NCBI GenBank assembly: GCA_951406725.2
Contig: OX597836.1
Coordinates: 32,612,001 to 32,676,000, forward strand
DNA length: 64,000 nt
Direction: 5' to 3'
Source: Octopus vulgaris
Lineage: Eukaryota
Numbering within the stretch: position 1 is the first letter of the stretch; each line of letters opens with the position of its first letter. Shown piece by piece: positions 63,837-64,000 of the stretch. The notes beneath the pieces were generated by a model, which was not told where the DNA came from, did no database searches, and saw only the letters and a list, made by a program, of their open reading frames with translations. The translations under genes were made by a program, and so were the position numbers.

Positions 63837-64000
63837 AATAACAATAATAATAATAATAATAATAATTGTCTTGGTATAAAAGATGGGCTACAGCAAATAT
63901 TCTGCTCAATACCACAGATTTGCTTGTCAGTTGTTTGACCTTAACCAGTTGAGCATGTCCCTTAGTGGCTGACGATATGTGCATCTCTGATCACGAGCAG

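Noticed and set aside
54935-64000. Next ferlin exon (start of the C2E region)
   Set aside because: No segment with suitable splice sites and ferlin-like sequence was found by eye; it is presumed to lie beyond the window.

Overview
Eukaryotic, AT-rich, microsatellite-dense genomic DNA, most likely from an octopus or other coleoid cephalopod (inferred from repeat content, not proven). The whole window lies inside one + strand gene, an otoferlin-like type-II ferlin. Eight phase-compatible coding exons (2483-54934) encode the end of C2D, the C2DE domain and the charged linker before C2E; the gene start and end are outside the window. I also found three frame-preserving candidate cassette or micro-exons that the ORF track does not call as such (7749-7817, 16090-16110, 37894-37917/37968). 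The introns hold a young 5'-truncated RTE-type LINE, an R4/Dong remnant, a Penelope-like (PLE) GIY-YIG remnant, mariner remnants, several MITE families and several tRNA-derived SINE families. The most notable hidden signal is a set of sequence-unrelated small elements carrying minimal type-I hammerhead-ribozyme motifs (CUGANGA-stem II-GAAA-short or palindromic stem III-NUH) in Penelope-like inverted or tandem arrangements. One of these is a tRNA-headed SINE-like element with a hammerhead, present as two insertions with 12-13 bp TSDs. The best-preserved cores are antisense to the host pre-mRNA. All folds and alignments were done by eye, and most ORF-track entries are microsatellite artefacts.
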